In this document: piece after piece, positions 8,691 through 19,039 of the stretch | Layout: each line of letters opens with the position of its first letter | How positions within the stretch are numbered: the stretch's first letter is position 1 | Origin: Phycisphaeraceae bacterium | Lineage (GTDB): Bacteria > Planctomycetota > Phycisphaerae > Phycisphaerales > Zrk34 | DNA: 41,261 nt | Reading direction: 5' to 3' | Assembly (NCBI GenBank): GCA_040905565.1 | Contig: JBBDRF010000037.1 | Coordinates: forward strand, 1 to 41,261 | Made by a program: the position numbers and the translations under genes | The notes under the pieces: generated by a model | Database searches by the model: none | Told to the model about the DNA's origin: nothing | What the model saw: the letters and a program-made list of their open reading frames with translations, nothing else

Positions 8691-9629
8691 ATGATCGAGA
8701 TGCGGGTGCTTGGTAGTGGCTCGACGGGCAACTGCACGCTGGTGCGGTTGGGCGGCGGCGGTGCGGGGCGGCTGTTGATGATCGACGCCGGGCTGGGGCC
8801 TCGCACCGTGGCGAAGCGGCTTGAACTGGACGGCCAGGCGCCGGGGGCTGAGCAGCTCGAACGGCTGGACGCGGTGCTGCTGACGCATCTGGATCGCGAC
8901 CACTTCAACCCGGCGTGGTTCGCGACGCTCAAACGGCTGGGCGCGACGGTCTACTGCCACGAGAAGCATCTTTACGGGCTGTATCGGCATCCGCCTGCGA
9001 CGCGGGAGCAGGTCGATGCGCGGGTGCTGCATCGGCTGGGGCTGCTTCGGGTTTTCAAAGATGATGCGTTCGTCGTTGATGCGATGCGAAACGGCGATCA
9101 CGCTGTCCCGGGGCCGCGTGTGCAGCCGGTGGGCTTGGTGCATGACCGCTCGGGGGTGTTTGGATTCGAGTTACGCGTCACGGCAGGTGACGTGGTGACA
9201 CGGCTGGGTTTTGCGACGGACCTCGGCCGCATCTCCAGTCGGCTGATCGAAGCGTTCTGCGATGTCGATCTACTGGCGATTGAGAGCAACTACGACCCGG
9301 AGATGCAGCAGGCTTCGGGCCGGCCGATGACGCTGAAACGGCGAATCATGGGCGGCCGGGGACACCTCTCCAACGAACAATGCCTCGAGGCGGTCAGGCG
9401 GATCGCGAAGGCCTCACGGCGATTGCCGGCGCACATCGTCCTGCTCCACCTCTCGCGGCAATGCAACTGCCCGCACGTCATCGAACGCCTGTATGCAGCC
9501 CACCCCGAACTCGCCGCGAGGCTGAGGCTGACCCATCACCTGGAGCCGACCCCGTGGCTGCGGGCCCAGGGCGACGGCCGACCACCGCCCGCTGCGGGGC
9601 CGACGCAGCAACAGCTGTCGCTTTTCTGA
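8691..9629 (+). CDS. MBL-fold metallo-hydrolase (YycJ/WalJ-like)
   Basis: VLGSGSTGN, IDAG, THLDRDH, VHD, ATDLG, IESNYD, GHLSN, LLHLS. Confidence 0.9.
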   Translation: MIEMRVLGSGSTGNCTLVRLGGGGAGRLLMIDAGLGPRTVAKRLELDGQAPGAEQLERLDAVLLTHLDRDHFNPAWFATLKRLGATVYCHEKHLYGLYRHPPATREQVDARVLHRLGLLRVFKDDAFVVDAMRNGDHAVPGPRVQPVGLVHDRSGVFGFELRVTAGDVVTRLGFATDLGRISSRLIEAFCDVDLLAIESNYDPEMQQASGRPMTLKRRIMGGRGHLSNEQCLEAVRRIAKASRRLPAHIVLLHLSRQCNCPHVIERLYAAHPELAARLRLTHHLEPTPWLRAQGDGRPPPAAGPTQQQLSLF

Positions 9630-9632
9630 TAA

Positions 9633-9657
9633 CCCGGCCGTAGCCCCCGGGGCACCC
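9633..9657 (-). repeat. degenerate REP family A copy
   Basis: CCCGGCCGT-agccc-CCGGGGCACCC keeps both ends of copy 2 with the centre replaced. Confidence 0.55.
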
Positions 9658-9755
9658 GCCTGATGCGACGCTTGTCCCCCTCGGGGCATCGACAGTGGAT
9701 CGGCGGCGCTAGAATCAACGGCCGATGGTTATCAACGCGTGGGGGGAGCCACTCG

Positions 9756-10562
9756 ATGAGCGAACAGGCGAGCGAGGCCTTGGACGAGCAATCGCGGTGG
9801 CTTCTGGTCAGCGACGTGGACCAGACGCTGACGGGGGATCTTGCAGCATTGCATCAATTCATTGAGGTGACGGAGCGGACGCCGAATCTGCTGGTCTGCC
9901 TTAATTCCAGCAGGCCCGCGGTCAGCGTGGCGAAAACACTTGCGGAGATCGGTCGGCCGTTCGAGCCTGATGCCTTGATCACCGCGATGGGCACGGAGAT
10001 CCGGCTGCATGGTGAGGAGCTCTCCGCATGGTCGCGGCAGTTTGCGGGCTGGGATCGGCGACTGGTTGACGACGTGATGCGCGAACTTGGCTATCGCCCC
10101 CATCGTGCGGAGCTTCAGACACGCTGGAAGGCCAGCTTCATCGTCCCGCGTGGTGAAGATCAAAGGCGGGCAGCAGAGGCACTCGACGGGACGGGCATCG
10201 GCGTGTGCATCGTGGTTTCGGGGGAGAGTGATTTCGACGTGATGCCACCTGGCGCGGGCAAGGATCGGGCGGCTTTGTTCCTCAGCCGTCACCTGCACCT
10301 GAAGCTCGATCGCATGATCGTCGCCGGCGACTCTCGCAATGACCTGTCCATGTTTGAAGTGGCACGCCGTGGCATCGTGGTCGGCAACGCGCGCCATGAA
10401 CTGCGTGATGCGGTGACGGGCTGGCCGGGCGTTTACATGGCACAGGCGGCGTACGCGGCGGGAGTGCTGGAAGGGCTTCGGCACTGGGGCGTGGTGGAGG
10501 GAGGCGAGCCGAAGAGCGTGGTGCTGAGCGAATCGAAACGTAACAGATTAAGCAGAGGGTAA
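9756..10562 (+). CDS. HAD-IIB sugar-phosphate phosphatase (sucrose-/mannosylfructose-phosphate phosphatase-like)
   Basis: SDVDQTL (DxDxT), NSSR, K in GAGKDRA, GDSRND, VVGNA; GGGAG SD before ATG 9756. Confidence 0.85.
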   Translation: MSEQASEALDEQSRWLLVSDVDQTLTGDLAALHQFIEVTERTPNLLVCLNSSRPAVSVAKTLAEIGRPFEPDALITAMGTEIRLHGEELSAWSRQFAGWDRRLVDDVMRELGYRPHRAELQTRWKASFIVPRGEDQRRAAEALDGTGIGVCIVVSGESDFDVMPPGAGKDRAALFLSRHLHLKLDRMIVAGDSRNDLSMFEVARRGIVVGNARHELRDAVTGWPGVYMAQAAYAAGVLEGLRHWGVVEGGEPKSVVLSESKRNRLSRG

Positions 10563-10603
10563 AACGACCGCACACAGCGTGCGGCGGGGAGAGGAGTATT
10601 CCA

Positions 10604-11908
10604 ATGGCTACGCGGTTTCGGGGCTCAATTCTGATGATCTCGCTTCACGGCTATGTTGGTGCCCATGTCGAACTCGGCAAGCCTGACACCGGCGGGCAGG
10701 TCGTCTTCGTGCTCGAACTGGCGAAGCATTTCACCAGCCTCGGCTATAAAGTGGACGTGGTGACGCGGCAGTTTGAGAACCAGCCGACCACCGATCCGAT
10801 CATGCGGGGCCTGCGGGTCTGGCGTATCCCTTTCGGCGGCGAGGCGTTCATCCGCAAGGAGGACATGCACGATTACATCGGCGACTTCGTGGCGAACTTC
10901 CTCGCCGCGGCCCGATCGCATCGCCTCAAGTACGACATCGTGAACTCTCACTACTGGGACGCCGGCTGGGGCGGGCAGCGGATCGCCGAGGAACTGCAGA
11001 TTCCCCACGTTCATACGCCTCATTCACTGGGCTGGTGGAAACAGCAGGAGATGGCCGACCGCGATCCCGAAGAGCTGGCGACTTACCGCTTCGAGGAACG
11101 CTACCGCAAGGAGTTCCTGATCTACCGCAACTGCGATCATGTCATCGCGACCAGTCCGCAGCAGGTTGAAATTCTTACTGAGCAGTACGGCGTGCCGGTG
11201 GATCACATCACCACGATTCCGCCGGGCATCGACGAGTCGCGCTACACCCCTGTCGCACCGCAGGAGCTGGCGGCGACGCGGGAGCGCCTGGGCTTCAAGC
11301 CGAACGATGTTTATGCCGTCGGTCGCGCCGCGGAGAACAAGGGATACGATCTGCTGATTCGGGCGCTGCCGAGCCTGCGTCGGCTGGTGCATGACGCGAG
11401 GCTGGTGCTGGCGGTAGGCGGCAATGCCGAAGCCGACCAGGCGCTCGTGGCAGAATGGCGTGAGCTGGCGGATGAGTTGGGTGTGGGCGAACACATTCGT
11501 TGGCTGGGTTATGTCGCCGACGAGGAGATGGCTGATCACTATCGGGCAGCGGGAGTGTACGCGCTGCCATCGCGTTACGAGCCGTTCGGCATGACGGCGG
11601 TAGAGGCGATGGCCTGCGGGACACCTGCCGTGCTGACGGTGCACGGCGGCCTGCATGAGGCGATCGACTTCGGCACGCACGCGCTTTACGCCGACCCGGA
11701 ACGATGCGAGGAGTTCGCAGCTGTTTTGGCGATGCCGCTGCTCTACCCGCACCTCCGCGAGAAGCTGAGCGTGGAGGGGGCACGCTTCGCGCGCAGGCAG
11801 TTCGGCTGGACCGGCATCGCGAAGCGAACGCTGCTTGTTTTCGATCAGTTCCGGGGCCGGTACGCCATCGAAGGCGTGGAAGAGGCGCAGACGCTGGTAC
11901 GCCGATAG
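10604..11908 (+). CDS. GT4 glycosyltransferase, mannosylfructose-phosphate/sucrose-phosphate synthase type
   Basis: ISLHGY, DTGGQVVFVLELA, SHYWDAG, HTPHSLG, GR..NKG, YEPFGMTAVEAMACG; from memory closest to MfpsA-type enzymes. Confidence 0.85.
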   Translation: MATRFRGSILMISLHGYVGAHVELGKPDTGGQVVFVLELAKHFTSLGYKVDVVTRQFENQPTTDPIMRGLRVWRIPFGGEAFIRKEDMHDYIGDFVANFLAAARSHRLKYDIVNSHYWDAGWGGQRIAEELQIPHVHTPHSLGWWKQQEMADRDPEELATYRFEERYRKEFLIYRNCDHVIATSPQQVEILTEQYGVPVDHITTIPPGIDESRYTPVAPQELAATRERLGFKPNDVYAVGRAAENKGYDLLIRALPSLRRLVHDARLVLAVGGNAEADQALVAEWRELADELGVGEHIRWLGYVADEEMADHYRAAGVYALPSRYEPFGMTAVEAMACGTPAVLTVHGGLHEAIDFGTHALYADPERCEEFAAVLAMPLLYPHLREKLSVEGARFARRQFGWTGIAKRTLLVFDQFRGRYAIEGVEEAQTLVRR

Positions 11909-11945
11909 ACGCGGCATTCTTCGCGCGACGTGAAGGGAGAATCGT

Positions 11946-13250
11946 TTGAAACGCACGGTGCTTTTGACCCCCGACGAACAGCGGAACCTCACCGAAGCTG
12001 AGCAGGAGTTTATCTTCGAAGGCTACCAGGAAGCGGTGGCCACGGTTAAGCGAAACGTGACCCCGCAGGGCTTCTCCGCGTGTTCGCTGGCGGATAACGA
12101 AGTGTTCGGCACGGACGTGAACTATCGTTCGGTGTGGGCGCGTGACGGCGCGATGAGCATCCTCTGGACGATTGATCTGGAGGATGAGGACATCGTGGCG
12201 TGCCAGGCGCAGACGCTTCGGACGCTGATTCAGCATCAGTCGCCGGGCGGGCAGATTCCCGCTTGCGTGGGTATCGACACCGGCGAGCCGGAGTATTCAG
12301 GCGTGGGGGGGATCGCTTCGATCGACAGCCCGCTGTGGTTGATCATCGCTGCTTTCCGCTACGCCCAACATCGCAACGACTGGTCGATCATCGACGAGCA
12401 TCGCGAAGAGCTTCAGAAGACGATGGACTGGCTGAGCGCCCACGATTCGAACAACTGCGGCTTGCTGGAGGTGCCCGAAGCGAGCGACTGGACCGACCTG
12501 TTCGGCCGTTCCTATCACGTCCTCTACGACGAGGTGCTGTGGTATCACACGCTCTACTGCTACACCGAAATCCTGAGGCACTATGAGGAGCACGACCGCG
12601 CCGACGACTACAACCGCTGGGCCGAACACGTTCGGCGGACGATCATCCACCACTTCTGGCCTGCGACGAAACAGGAAGAAGGCGAGCATCCGGATCGCAC
12701 GTTCGCCCAGACGCAGTATGCCTTGGGAGATGCGCGGTATCTGTTGGCGCAGATCACGCCGTTCAGCTTCTCCTGGCGGTGCGATGTGTTCGGGAATCTG
12801 CTGGCGTACCTGATGGATATCGTGGATCACCGCCGGGCGATGATGACGTTTCGATTCTTGTGGGGTGTGGGGATAAGCGATCCCGCACCGGTGAAGAACA
12901 TCTACCCGCCGGTGCAGTCGGGCGATCCCGAATGGCGACAGTATTACACCGTGAATCTGTTGAACCTGCCGGACCACTATCACAACGGCGGGATCTGGCC
13001 TTTCGTCGGCGGCATCTGGGTGCGTTACCTGCACAAACTCGGGATGACCAAGCTGGCGCGGCGCGAACTGGTTCGGCTGGCGGAACTATGCCATCTGGGG
13101 ACGAGCAGCTTCTGGGAATTCTCCGAGTGGCACCACGGCCATACCGGCCGACCAATGGGCAAGGTGTATCAGACGTGGTCGGCGGCGAGCTTCATCCGCG
13201 CCTGCCACGTACTGGAACTCGACGCGGATTCTATCAAGAACCAGATATGA
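11946..13250 (+). CDS. glycoside hydrolase family 100-like (alkaline/neutral invertase) (alpha/alpha)6 hydrolase
   Basis: NYRSVWARD, IDSPLW, YHNGGIWP, EW..G.TGRPMG..YQTWSAA; TTG start with GGGAG SD. Confidence 0.8.
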   Translation: MKRTVLLTPDEQRNLTEAEQEFIFEGYQEAVATVKRNVTPQGFSACSLADNEVFGTDVNYRSVWARDGAMSILWTIDLEDEDIVACQAQTLRTLIQHQSPGGQIPACVGIDTGEPEYSGVGGIASIDSPLWLIIAAFRYAQHRNDWSIIDEHREELQKTMDWLSAHDSNNCGLLEVPEASDWTDLFGRSYHVLYDEVLWYHTLYCYTEILRHYEEHDRADDYNRWAEHVRRTIIHHFWPATKQEEGEHPDRTFAQTQYALGDARYLLAQITPFSFSWRCDVFGNLLAYLMDIVDHRRAMMTFRFLWGVGISDPAPVKNIYPPVQSGDPEWRQYYTVNLLNLPDHYHNGGIWPFVGGIWVRYLHKLGMTKLARRELVRLAELCHLGTSSFWEFSEWHHGHTGRPMGKVYQTWSAASFIRACHVLELDADSIKNQI

Positions 13251-13270
13251 GGCCCCTTGCGGAAAATGCT

Positions 13271-13297
13271 CAGCGAGCGCTTAGCGAGACGGCCGGG
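13271..13297 (+). repeat. partial REP family A copy
   Basis: CAGCGAGCGC(tt)AGCGAGACGGCCGGG matches the 3' two-thirds of the family A consensus. Confidence 0.65.
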
Positions 13298-13457
13298 CTT
13301 TCCGCGTGACTCGCCGACAATCTGGCCGCACAACGGGGAGGCGGGTTTGACTGTCTCGCTGCTGGGTCGATAATGAAGGTAGGCTCGCGGACGCCGATGG
13401 CGATGCCGGCACGGCGGAAGCTTTGGAACGTAACTCTGGGCGATTCGGAGAAGGATC

Positions 13458-13901
13458 ATGACGGCCAAACCTCAATTCGAACCTGCTGCCGAACCTCAGC
13501 CCGATCGCAAGTACTTCACGCTTGAGGAAGCGAACAAGGCCTTGCCTTACGTTTCGCGAATCGCTGAGGATATCCGGGGTGCGTATCGCCATGCGCTGAC
13601 GCTCCAGGAGCAGCTGGAAACGGCGAGCCCGGAGGAGGATGTCAGCGCGGCGCAGCGGGAATATGAACGCGCGATCGCCGAACTCAACCGCTTCGTCGAC
13701 GAGCTTCACCAGGTGGGCGTGGAGTTGAAAGACTACGACCAGTGCCTGCTCGATTTCCCTGCCGTTCACGAAGGCCGAGAGGTTTACCTGTGCTGGAAGC
13801 GCGGCGAGAACGAGGTGCACGCCTGGCACGAGATCGACGCCGGCTTCACGGGCCGACAGGACGTGAGCCTTCTGCAGCACCCGCCACTCGAAGAAAAATG
13901 A
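13458..13901 (+). CDS. DUF2203 family protein
   Basis: FTLEEAN..LP, GVELKD...LLDFP, VYLCWKRGE..AWH...GFTGRQ. Confidence 0.88.
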   Translation: MTAKPQFEPAAEPQPDRKYFTLEEANKALPYVSRIAEDIRGAYRHALTLQEQLETASPEEDVSAAQREYERAIAELNRFVDELHQVGVELKDYDQCLLDFPAVHEGREVYLCWKRGENEVHAWHEIDAGFTGRQDVSLLQHPPLEEK

Positions 13902-13921
13902 ACGCCGGCGCGGCGGCGGGC

Positions 13922-16084
13922 TTACGCTTCGCCGAGCGTGGCGTCGAGTTGCTCGCGTAGCGCCCCGAGTTTGGCGCGATGCGCTTCGCCCGCTTCCTCA
14001 AAAAGCTCAGTTGCTTTTTCCACCATCAAACGGGTCGCAGCACTGTCGTCGCCTTCGACAATGGCGTCTTCGACCACCTTCAGCCAGACGACGATCAGGT
14101 CATCCGCGGTGGCGGTTTTCTCTTCGAGCACCGTCGCGTTGAGAACCGCGGCAGCCTCCACCTTCCCCTGATGCAGCAAGACAGCGGTGCGGCCGAGCGC
14201 GAGACGCTTACGCTGTTCGATCGACAAGGTGCTGCTACGGGTCGCGAGGCGATCATAAACGGCCTCGGCGGCTTCGAACTCCTCCGACTGCGTCTGCAGT
14301 CGGGCGAGCCTGAGGGCAGCTTCGATGCGACCGCCGGCGAGCCCGTTGTCCCAGTCGCCGCTCTCGAGCGCGGCCGCTGCCTTGAGCAGCCGCGCGTGCA
14401 ACTCCGGACGATCCTTCTCGCCTAACTGCCCGTCCAGTTGCACGACCGCTTCCGCGCTGAGCCGACTGGCCACCGCGCCCAGTGATTCTTCCCACGCTGC
14501 CAACAGGTCAACATCGCTCGACTCCGGCTCGTTGGCCAGCAGATGTTCGACCGTCACCAGCTTCTGCCCCCGCTGTTCAGCGACCTCCATGACCACGGGC
14601 GCCAGATCGCTTTCGCTCAGCACCGCCAGCAGCGGCTCCAGGGGCCAATGCTCACGGCGGAAGCCTCGGGCGGCGGTGAGGCGAACGGCGGGGTCTTCAT
14701 GCTCAAGATGCGCGACGAGAATCTCCAGATCCTCCTCCTGCCCGATGTGCGAGAGCAGACGCAGCATGGCACGATCCGTCTCGGCCTCCTCGTCGGCGAA
14801 GTGCCGGCGGGTGATCTGGCGGGCCCGCTGAATCTGCGGCCCAAGCATCAGCCCCGCGTCGAACGCTGCCCGGAGACAATCAGCCGCGGCAGATTGCACA
14901 CGCTGCTCCTGCATCAGCCAGAGCGCCGGCTCGACGGCCTCGGCACGCGGCACGCGCGCCATCAGCGTCAGGTAGGCCGACTGCACCGAACGGCTTCGCT
15001 CAGCGAGGAGCAGGTCGATCGCCAGTTCCGCAGCCTCGGCATCGGCGAGCGTTTCCAGCACCGTGGCACTCTTGATACGAACAGCGGCGGCGCGATCGGT
15101 GAGGCATTGCCGCATCGCGGCCCGGACCTCGCCCTCCACCGGCTGCGCGTTCAGCACACGCCGTTCAATCAGCCTCAGCGCCAGCAGCCTCAGGTCTTCC
15201 ATCGGGTCCCGGAGCATCTGCTCAAGCATCGCCGGCCGCCCACTCTCAGCGGCGGCGTCGTACAGACGATTGTGAGCCGTGACCAGGCGATCCACGCTGA
15301 CCTGCACCTGCTTGGCCAGCTCGGCGTTGCGGTTGGAAAAGTTACGAAGCAGGCTGCTTTGCCACTGGTCAGCCTCGAGCGAGCTGGCGCGGGCCCACCA
15401 CTGCTGCCAGCTTTCAACATCGGTTCCGAGTGCATGCAGGCCTGATAGCCGGGCGAGGGAATCGAAGGCAGCCGACCGCACAGCCCACGCATGGTCCGGC
15501 TCGATCAGGCTCAACAGCAGTTCCACGACCTCGGTCTGACGATGCTGGGCAAGGCTTTCGATGGCCCCGAGGCGCTCAGCTGACGACTCCCCGCCTTCCT
15601 CAGCCACCTGCATCAGCCAGCGGACGAGCCCCTCGTCATCGAATCGGCCCAGCCCCGCAGCGACGTCCCGCCGCAGGGCCGTCTCTTCCGTATCAAGAAG
15701 GTTCACCAGCGGCTGCATCAGGTCAGGGTCGGGTTGATCGACCGCTGCGATGGCCTTTGCGACCGCACGGCGGGTGCCGACGGTGCCGCGTGCGAGGTCC
15801 AGCTTCATTGCCTGGGTGGCGTCGGGCCAGTCGCGGGTCAGCAGGATCTGGGCCGCGCGCCGACGACGCTCCATGTCCAGATTGCCGTCGCGAAGGTCCT
15901 CCAGCAGATGCTCCATCTCCCGCTGCTGATCCTCGTTGAGGCGGTCGACGGTTTCAGCGGGCGCAAGGCTCGCGGACGTCAACAGCAATATCAGCAGCAT
16001 CAGGCAGGTCGGGTACTGAGAAAAAGAACCATGCCTGCGGCAGAGACGGGGGCGGCGGGCGGCATACACTCGAATTGGAAACAT
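13922..16084 (-). CDS. secreted HEAT-repeat protein (start may be 16000)
   Basis: hydrophobic signal-like segment; repeats such as LRRDVAAGLG, VRSAAFDSL, VRIKSATVL, DPAVRLTAARG; WQQWW motif. Confidence 0.8.
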   Translation of the reverse strand: MFPIRVYAARRPRLCRRHGSFSQYPTCLMLLILLLTSASLAPAETVDRLNEDQQREMEHLLEDLRDGNLDMERRRRAAQILLTRDWPDATQAMKLDLARGTVGTRRAVAKAIAAVDQPDPDLMQPLVNLLDTEETALRRDVAAGLGRFDDEGLVRWLMQVAEEGGESSAERLGAIESLAQHRQTEVVELLLSLIEPDHAWAVRSAAFDSLARLSGLHALGTDVESWQQWWARASSLEADQWQSSLLRNFSNRNAELAKQVQVSVDRLVTAHNRLYDAAAESGRPAMLEQMLRDPMEDLRLLALRLIERRVLNAQPVEGEVRAAMRQCLTDRAAAVRIKSATVLETLADAEAAELAIDLLLAERSRSVQSAYLTLMARVPRAEAVEPALWLMQEQRVQSAAADCLRAAFDAGLMLGPQIQRARQITRRHFADEEAETDRAMLRLLSHIGQEEDLEILVAHLEHEDPAVRLTAARGFRREHWPLEPLLAVLSESDLAPVVMEVAEQRGQKLVTVEHLLANEPESSDVDLLAAWEESLGAVASRLSAEAVVQLDGQLGEKDRPELHARLLKAAAALESGDWDNGLAGGRIEAALRLARLQTQSEEFEAAEAVYDRLATRSSTLSIEQRKRLALGRTAVLLHQGKVEAAAVLNATVLEEKTATADDLIVVWLKVVEDAIVEGDDSAATRLMVEKATELFEEAGEAHRAKLGALREQLDATLGEA

Positions 16085-16205
16085 CGGTCGATCCTCGCTA
16101 CGGTCCTTCGCACTCTGTACAATATAATCGCGCAGAGGGGTCTTTGTTCACGATCATCGGCATAAAGAGCAACGCCCCATTGAAAGCGCGGTGGATTAAC
16201 GCCTG

Positions 16206-17531
16206 ATGAATGAATGGTTCGAAGCAGAACAACGGGTTGAACGGGCTCACGAGCTCTTCGAATCCGGCCGATGGGAAGACGCGTTACGTGAACTACGCGC
16301 CGCCATCAGCGTCAATCCCTACCAGGGCGAATGGCACTTTAACATGGGCCTCACGCTCAACGCCATGGGCCGCCCCGACGAGGCCATCGACTGCTTCGAG
16401 CGAGCGCTGGAATTTCATGGCGAAGATGCCGAGATCCTCTCGCAGCTGGGCCTGGCGCTCCTGCGTGTCCGCAAGCCGGAGGAGGCCGTGCCTCACTTTG
16501 AGCGGGCGGCGCAGATCGATCCTGATTCGGAACTGCCCTACTGCCACCTGATCGCCGCTCACACGCAGCTTGAGGATCACGACCAGGCGGAGGTCATGTT
16601 CTACCTCGCCTGCCAGGTCAACGATGCCTCGCCGCACGGCTACTTCAATGTGGCGGTGAGTCTGCTGGATCGTGGCGAAGCCGACCGGGCGGCATGGTGC
16701 CTGAACCGCGTTCGGCGGATCGATGAAAATTATCCCGATGTGTATGCCCGGCTGGGTGAGGCGTACTGGCTCAAGGGCGAGCAGGAGCGGGCCTATCGGT
16801 GCCTGCTGCGACAGCTTCGGCTGGACCCGGCGGACGTGGATTCGCTGATGGATCTGGGGGAGCTGCTGAACGAGATGGATCGGCCTTTGGAAGCGGCGGA
16901 GAAGTTTCGCCGCGTGACGGAGGTCGAACCGACGCACGCTGAGGCCCATTTCCACCTGGGTGATCTCTCACTGCAGGCGCATCGGCTGGACGCTGCCCAG
17001 ATGGCCTTCGAGCTGGTGCTGCGGCTGCACCCCGCCCATCCGCAAGCCCATCAGAAGCTTGCGGCGATCGCACTGCGTCGCCAGCGTCACGAAGAGGCGC
17101 GTCGGCATCTGCGGGCGGAACTGGCGCTGCTGAATAGCGAGGCCGAGCCGGCCGAGGGACGTGAGGAGTTGGCGCAGTTGCTGCTGGACGCCCAGATGCC
17201 GCGTGAAGCGGCTGAGGTGCTGACGCTGGTCGTGGCGGAGGATCCGGAAGATCCGCGACTGCGACACCAGCTGGCGGTGGCGCAGTTCATGGACGGCCAT
17301 CTGCTCGAAGGCATTCGCACCTGCCGACACGCAATCCGCCTCGACCCGGACTATCTGCTGGCCATGCACAACCTCGCGCTCGCGCACCTTCAACTGGGGC
17401 AGGTGAAGCGGGCGGGCTACTGGGTGGCCCGGGCGCTGGAAGTGGATCCGCACGACACCCGCGTGCGGCACCTGCGGACGCGGATTGCGATGGCGACGCT
17501 GAAGCAGCGCATTCGCAATCTATTTCCCTGA
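16206..17531 (+). CDS. tetratricopeptide repeat protein
   Basis: many 34-aa TPR units (e.g. WHFNMGLTLNAMGRPDEAIDCFERAL, AHFHLGDL, AMHNLALA). Confidence 0.92.
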   Translation: MNEWFEAEQRVERAHELFESGRWEDALRELRAAISVNPYQGEWHFNMGLTLNAMGRPDEAIDCFERALEFHGEDAEILSQLGLALLRVRKPEEAVPHFERAAQIDPDSELPYCHLIAAHTQLEDHDQAEVMFYLACQVNDASPHGYFNVAVSLLDRGEADRAAWCLNRVRRIDENYPDVYARLGEAYWLKGEQERAYRCLLRQLRLDPADVDSLMDLGELLNEMDRPLEAAEKFRRVTEVEPTHAEAHFHLGDLSLQAHRLDAAQMAFELVLRLHPAHPQAHQKLAAIALRRQRHEEARRHLRAELALLNSEAEPAEGREELAQLLLDAQMPREAAEVLTLVVAEDPEDPRLRHQLAVAQFMDGHLLEGIRTCRHAIRLDPDYLLAMHNLALAHLQLGQVKRAGYWVARALEVDPHDTRVRHLRTRIAMATLKQRIRNLFP

Positions 17532-17563
17532 AAATCAGTCAAACGGCGATTGGCGATCACCCG

Positions 17564-18385
17564 CTAACGGCCAGCGCTGCTGCGGACGCAGAGGCCCTCG
17601 GCGAGGTCGGCGACGAAGGTGCCGACGTGCTCGGCGATCACGTTCGGCGGTTCGTGCTTGACCTGTGCGATGCGTTTGACGAGCGCCGAGCCGACGATCG
17701 CCGCATCGGCGACTTCCGTTACCGCGCGTACATGCTGAGCCTGCGAAACGCCGAACCCCACCGCGATCGGCAGGTCGGTCACTTGACGTAATTTCGCGAC
17801 GCGGTCGGAGAGGTCTGCGGGCAGGTCGCTGCGTTCGCCGGTGATACCGGTGCGTGCCAGGACATAGACGAACCCGCTGGACGCTTGTGCGATGGCCTTG
17901 GCGCGCTCGAGAGGCGTGGTCGGCGCGATCAGCAGCGTGCAGGTCAGCCCGGCGTCGCGCACCATCCCCCCCACCGCTTCCGCTTCTTCGACGGGCAGGT
18001 CAGGAAAGATGAAGCCATCGAGCCCTGCGTCGGCGGCCTGCTTGATGAACGTTTCCGCACCCAACCGGTAGACGATGGAGTAGCTGATCATCGCGACGAG
18101 CGCCATCTTCAGCGTCGGCCGCACCCGCCTTACCATTTCAAGCACCGCATCAACGCGGACGCCGGCGGCCAGTGCGTCGGTCATGGAAGCCTGGATGACC
18201 GGGCCGTCGGCGATGGGGTCGGAAAACGGGATGCCCAGTTCGCAGACGCTGGCCCCGGCACGCTCCATATGGCTGAGCATGGCTTCGGTGGCCTCAAGCG
18301 AGGGGTAACCGGCGGTGACGAAGGGCATCAGCGCGGTGCGCCCTTCCTGGCGAAGCTCACGGAATATCGTGTTGATCCGATTCAT
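17564..18385 (-). CDS. trpA: tryptophan synthase alpha chain
   Basis: MNRI, PFVTAGYP, ELGIPFSDPIADGPVIQ, LIAPTT, GITGER, VGFG, DAAIVGSA; start set at MNRI. Confidence 0.97.
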   Translation of the reverse strand: MNRINTIFRELRQEGRTALMPFVTAGYPSLEATEAMLSHMERAGASVCELGIPFSDPIADGPVIQASMTDALAAGVRVDAVLEMVRRVRPTLKMALVAMISYSIVYRLGAETFIKQAADAGLDGFIFPDLPVEEAEAVGGMVRDAGLTCTLLIAPTTPLERAKAIAQASSGFVYVLARTGITGERSDLPADLSDRVAKLRQVTDLPIAVGFGVSQAQHVRAVTEVADAAIVGSALVKRIAQVKHEPPNVIAEHVGTFVADLAEGLCVRSSAGR

Positions 18386-18426
18386 AGCCGACAGCATACC
18401 GCCACGGTCGGCGGCCGTCATCAGCA

Positions 18427-18918
18427 TCACTCATCGGACCGGGGAACGGCGTACACGCCGGGTGCGTAATCGATCCGTGCCTCGGTGCGCACGCCCTGCT
18501 CGTCACGAAGGTGGACGATGCCCGCACTGGCTGGGCGGCCGTATTGATCGATGAAGTGATAGCGATAGCGGGACGCAACCCGGTCGCCATCAATTACATC
18601 CGGCTCATCGACGAGCAGGCCGGGCGGACTGAGGGTAACGCGCAGCTGCTCAGGCGTGAGCGGCGGCTCCTGGAACGGCGGCTCGCCGAGGTAGAGCGTG
18701 AAAAAGTCGACGAACTCGCCGCGGGTGCCGATCGATTCCTGCTGGCGAAAGTAGTCGTTCGGATACTGGTTAAAGCCGGTGTCGAAACGCGGATCGCCCC
18801 GCCCGACGCGCGTGTCGATGTCGGCGAACGGTTGACGCTCCGCGAACGGTCCGCTGCCGCAGCCGGCGATCAGAAGCATACTGAGAATCAACGCGATCAA
18901 ACGGTGATGCCTCATCAT
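18427..18918 (-). CDS. putative lipoprotein
   Basis: MMRHHRLIALILSMLLIAG-C lipobox; GGGAGG SD upstream of 18918. Confidence 0.7.
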   Translation of the reverse strand: MMRHHRLIALILSMLLIAGCGSGPFAERQPFADIDTRVGRGDPRFDTGFNQYPNDYFRQQESIGTRGEFVDFFTLYLGEPPFQEPPLTPEQLRVTLSPPGLLVDEPDVIDGDRVASRYRYHFIDQYGRPASAGIVHLRDEQGVRTEARIDYAPGVYAVPRSDE

Positions 18919-19039
18919 CTGACCCCCTCCCGAACGGCTATGCCTGTCCTTGATGATGTTACGTTGTAGATAGCAGAAGGCACCGTCGGGGCGGAAAGCG
19001 GTGGCCGTACGGGGGGAACCCGTGGCTGTGCGGTACAGC

